DNA of 25,190 nucleotides from the IMG/VR virus record IMGVR_UViG_3300006930_000026, positions 1 to 25,190 of that record. One strand, given 5' to 3'. The translations under genes and the position numbers were made by a program. This DNA is from a virus (Duplodnaviria; Caudoviricetes). Of this stretch, positions 24,281-25,190 are shown piece by piece (positions within the stretch are counted from its first letter, which is position 1; every line of letters starts with the position of its first letter). The notes beneath the pieces were generated by a model that saw only the letters and a list, made by a program, of their open reading frames with translations, did no database searches and was not told where the DNA came from.

Positions 24281-25189
24281 TTATCGACCTTTAAACTTTC
24301 TTATATATCTCAGTTCTGGATTGAGTTTTACCTCTTTCTGTGGTATGATAGGAGCTATGTTAGAACTATTGCTCATCGTCGTATTAGCAGCACTAGTCGG
24401 TGCTTTCACTGACTGATTTGCTTGTTCTAATTTTCTCACTATTTCGGCCTTTGTCGGGACTATCTTTATCTCTTTAGGTGTCTGTATGGCTCCTTTCATC
24501 AGCTTTCCATGTACTCCTCGAGCAACCTCTGATCCTACATAAGTGCCTACTGGTCCTGCATGGGATCCTATCATTCCTCCGATAGTCTGGGCGAAGTACC
24601 CTCCTAGTTTGCCTTTTTTAACCGTAGATTTGCCTAGCTGGACTAGGAAGTCTCTCGTTGTGTATAATTCCTCCAATTCTCTGTTTATGCCTCTTAGGTT
24701 GCCTTTTTCGGCTTCTGGTAGCGTTTTTTCTACTGCCTTATAGATATTATCCTTTGAAACTCTAGCTACTAGCTTATCTGTTATCTGGGCGTCTGGATTA
24801 TCCCAGTTGGCGATACCGTATTTTGCGTTCTTTATGTCATCTAAAGCTATAAGGTCTATTTTACCGTCTTTGACGTATTCTTTCTTGTACCTCTTGAGGT
24901 CTGATATGACCCTGCTTAATTTAGAGTTGTATCCAGCACCTTCAGCCTTGTACTTTTTTAGGTTTTCAAGTATCTCATTTTGAAACTGTTTGAAGTCTAT
25001 CTCAGCATTGTTTTGTTCGATATAAGTCCTCTCTGTCTTGGCTATAGGGGTTATATCTTCTTTCAATCTGGTCAAAGCATCATATGAGTCTATTTTACCA
25101 TCTGGATTGACTTTAGGGACATATCTGTCGTTTTCAGCTATCCTTTTGACTACATCTACCTTTTTACTCTTTGCATTAGAGAATACATT
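24281..25189 (-). CDS. C-terminal part of a probable virion/DNA-ejection protein (5' truncated)
   Basis: Frame stays open to window edge (NVFSNAKSKKVDVV...); helical body with Gly-zipper IGGMIGSHAGPVGTYVG. Confidence 0.55.
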   Translation of the reverse strand, partial: NVFSNAKSKKVDVVKRIAENDRYVPKVNPDGKIDSYDALTRLKEDITPIAKTERTYIEQNNAEIDFKQFQNEILENLKKYKAEGAGYNSKLSRVISDLKRYKKEYVKDGKIDLIALDDIKNAKYGIANWDNPDAQITDKLVARVSKDNIYKAVEKTLPEAEKGNLRGINRELEELYTTRDFLVQLGKSTVKKGKLGGYFAQTIGGMIGSHAGPVGTYVGSEVARGVHGKLMKGAIQTPKEIKIVPTKAEIVRKLEQANQSVKAPTSAANTTMSNSSNIAPIIPQKEVKLNPELRYIRKFKGR

Positions 25190-25190
25190 T

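Noticed and set aside
177-24743. All plus-strand ORFs in the track
   Set aside because: Antisense shadows of well-supported minus-strand genes with no recognisable motifs
1-25190. Stop-codon reassignment (TGA or TAG)
   Set aside because: Long core genes are intact and coding density is high under the standard code; TGA is used as a stop in ATGA overlaps

Overview
A 25 kb stretch of a tailed dsDNA phage (Caudoviricetes) with every credible gene on the minus strand. In transcription order (high to low coordinates): end of a probable virion/ejection protein; lysis cassette (membrane protein, lysozyme-fold endolysin, holin); a self-contained HNH two-gene cassette; a dense non-coding control region (promoter-hairpin-terminator small-RNA unit, phased DnaA-box-like array, three 23-bp iterons, AT-rich repeats, sigma70 early promoter, structured leader); many small early genes; SSB, HNH, SNF2 helicase, Gp157-like, ERF, PD-(D/E)XK nuclease, NinB-like and replication initiator genes; phage-encoded GroES and GroEL; adjacent Acb2/Tad1-like and Tad2-like candidate immune-signal sponges; terS, terL, portal, scaffold, major capsid and a beta-helix protein running off the edge. 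No integrase or repressor is visible. A-rich, Shine-Dalgarno-free starts plus sigma70 promoters suggest a Patescibacteria (CPR)-like host (inference). All family calls come from motif recognition by eye, not database searches.
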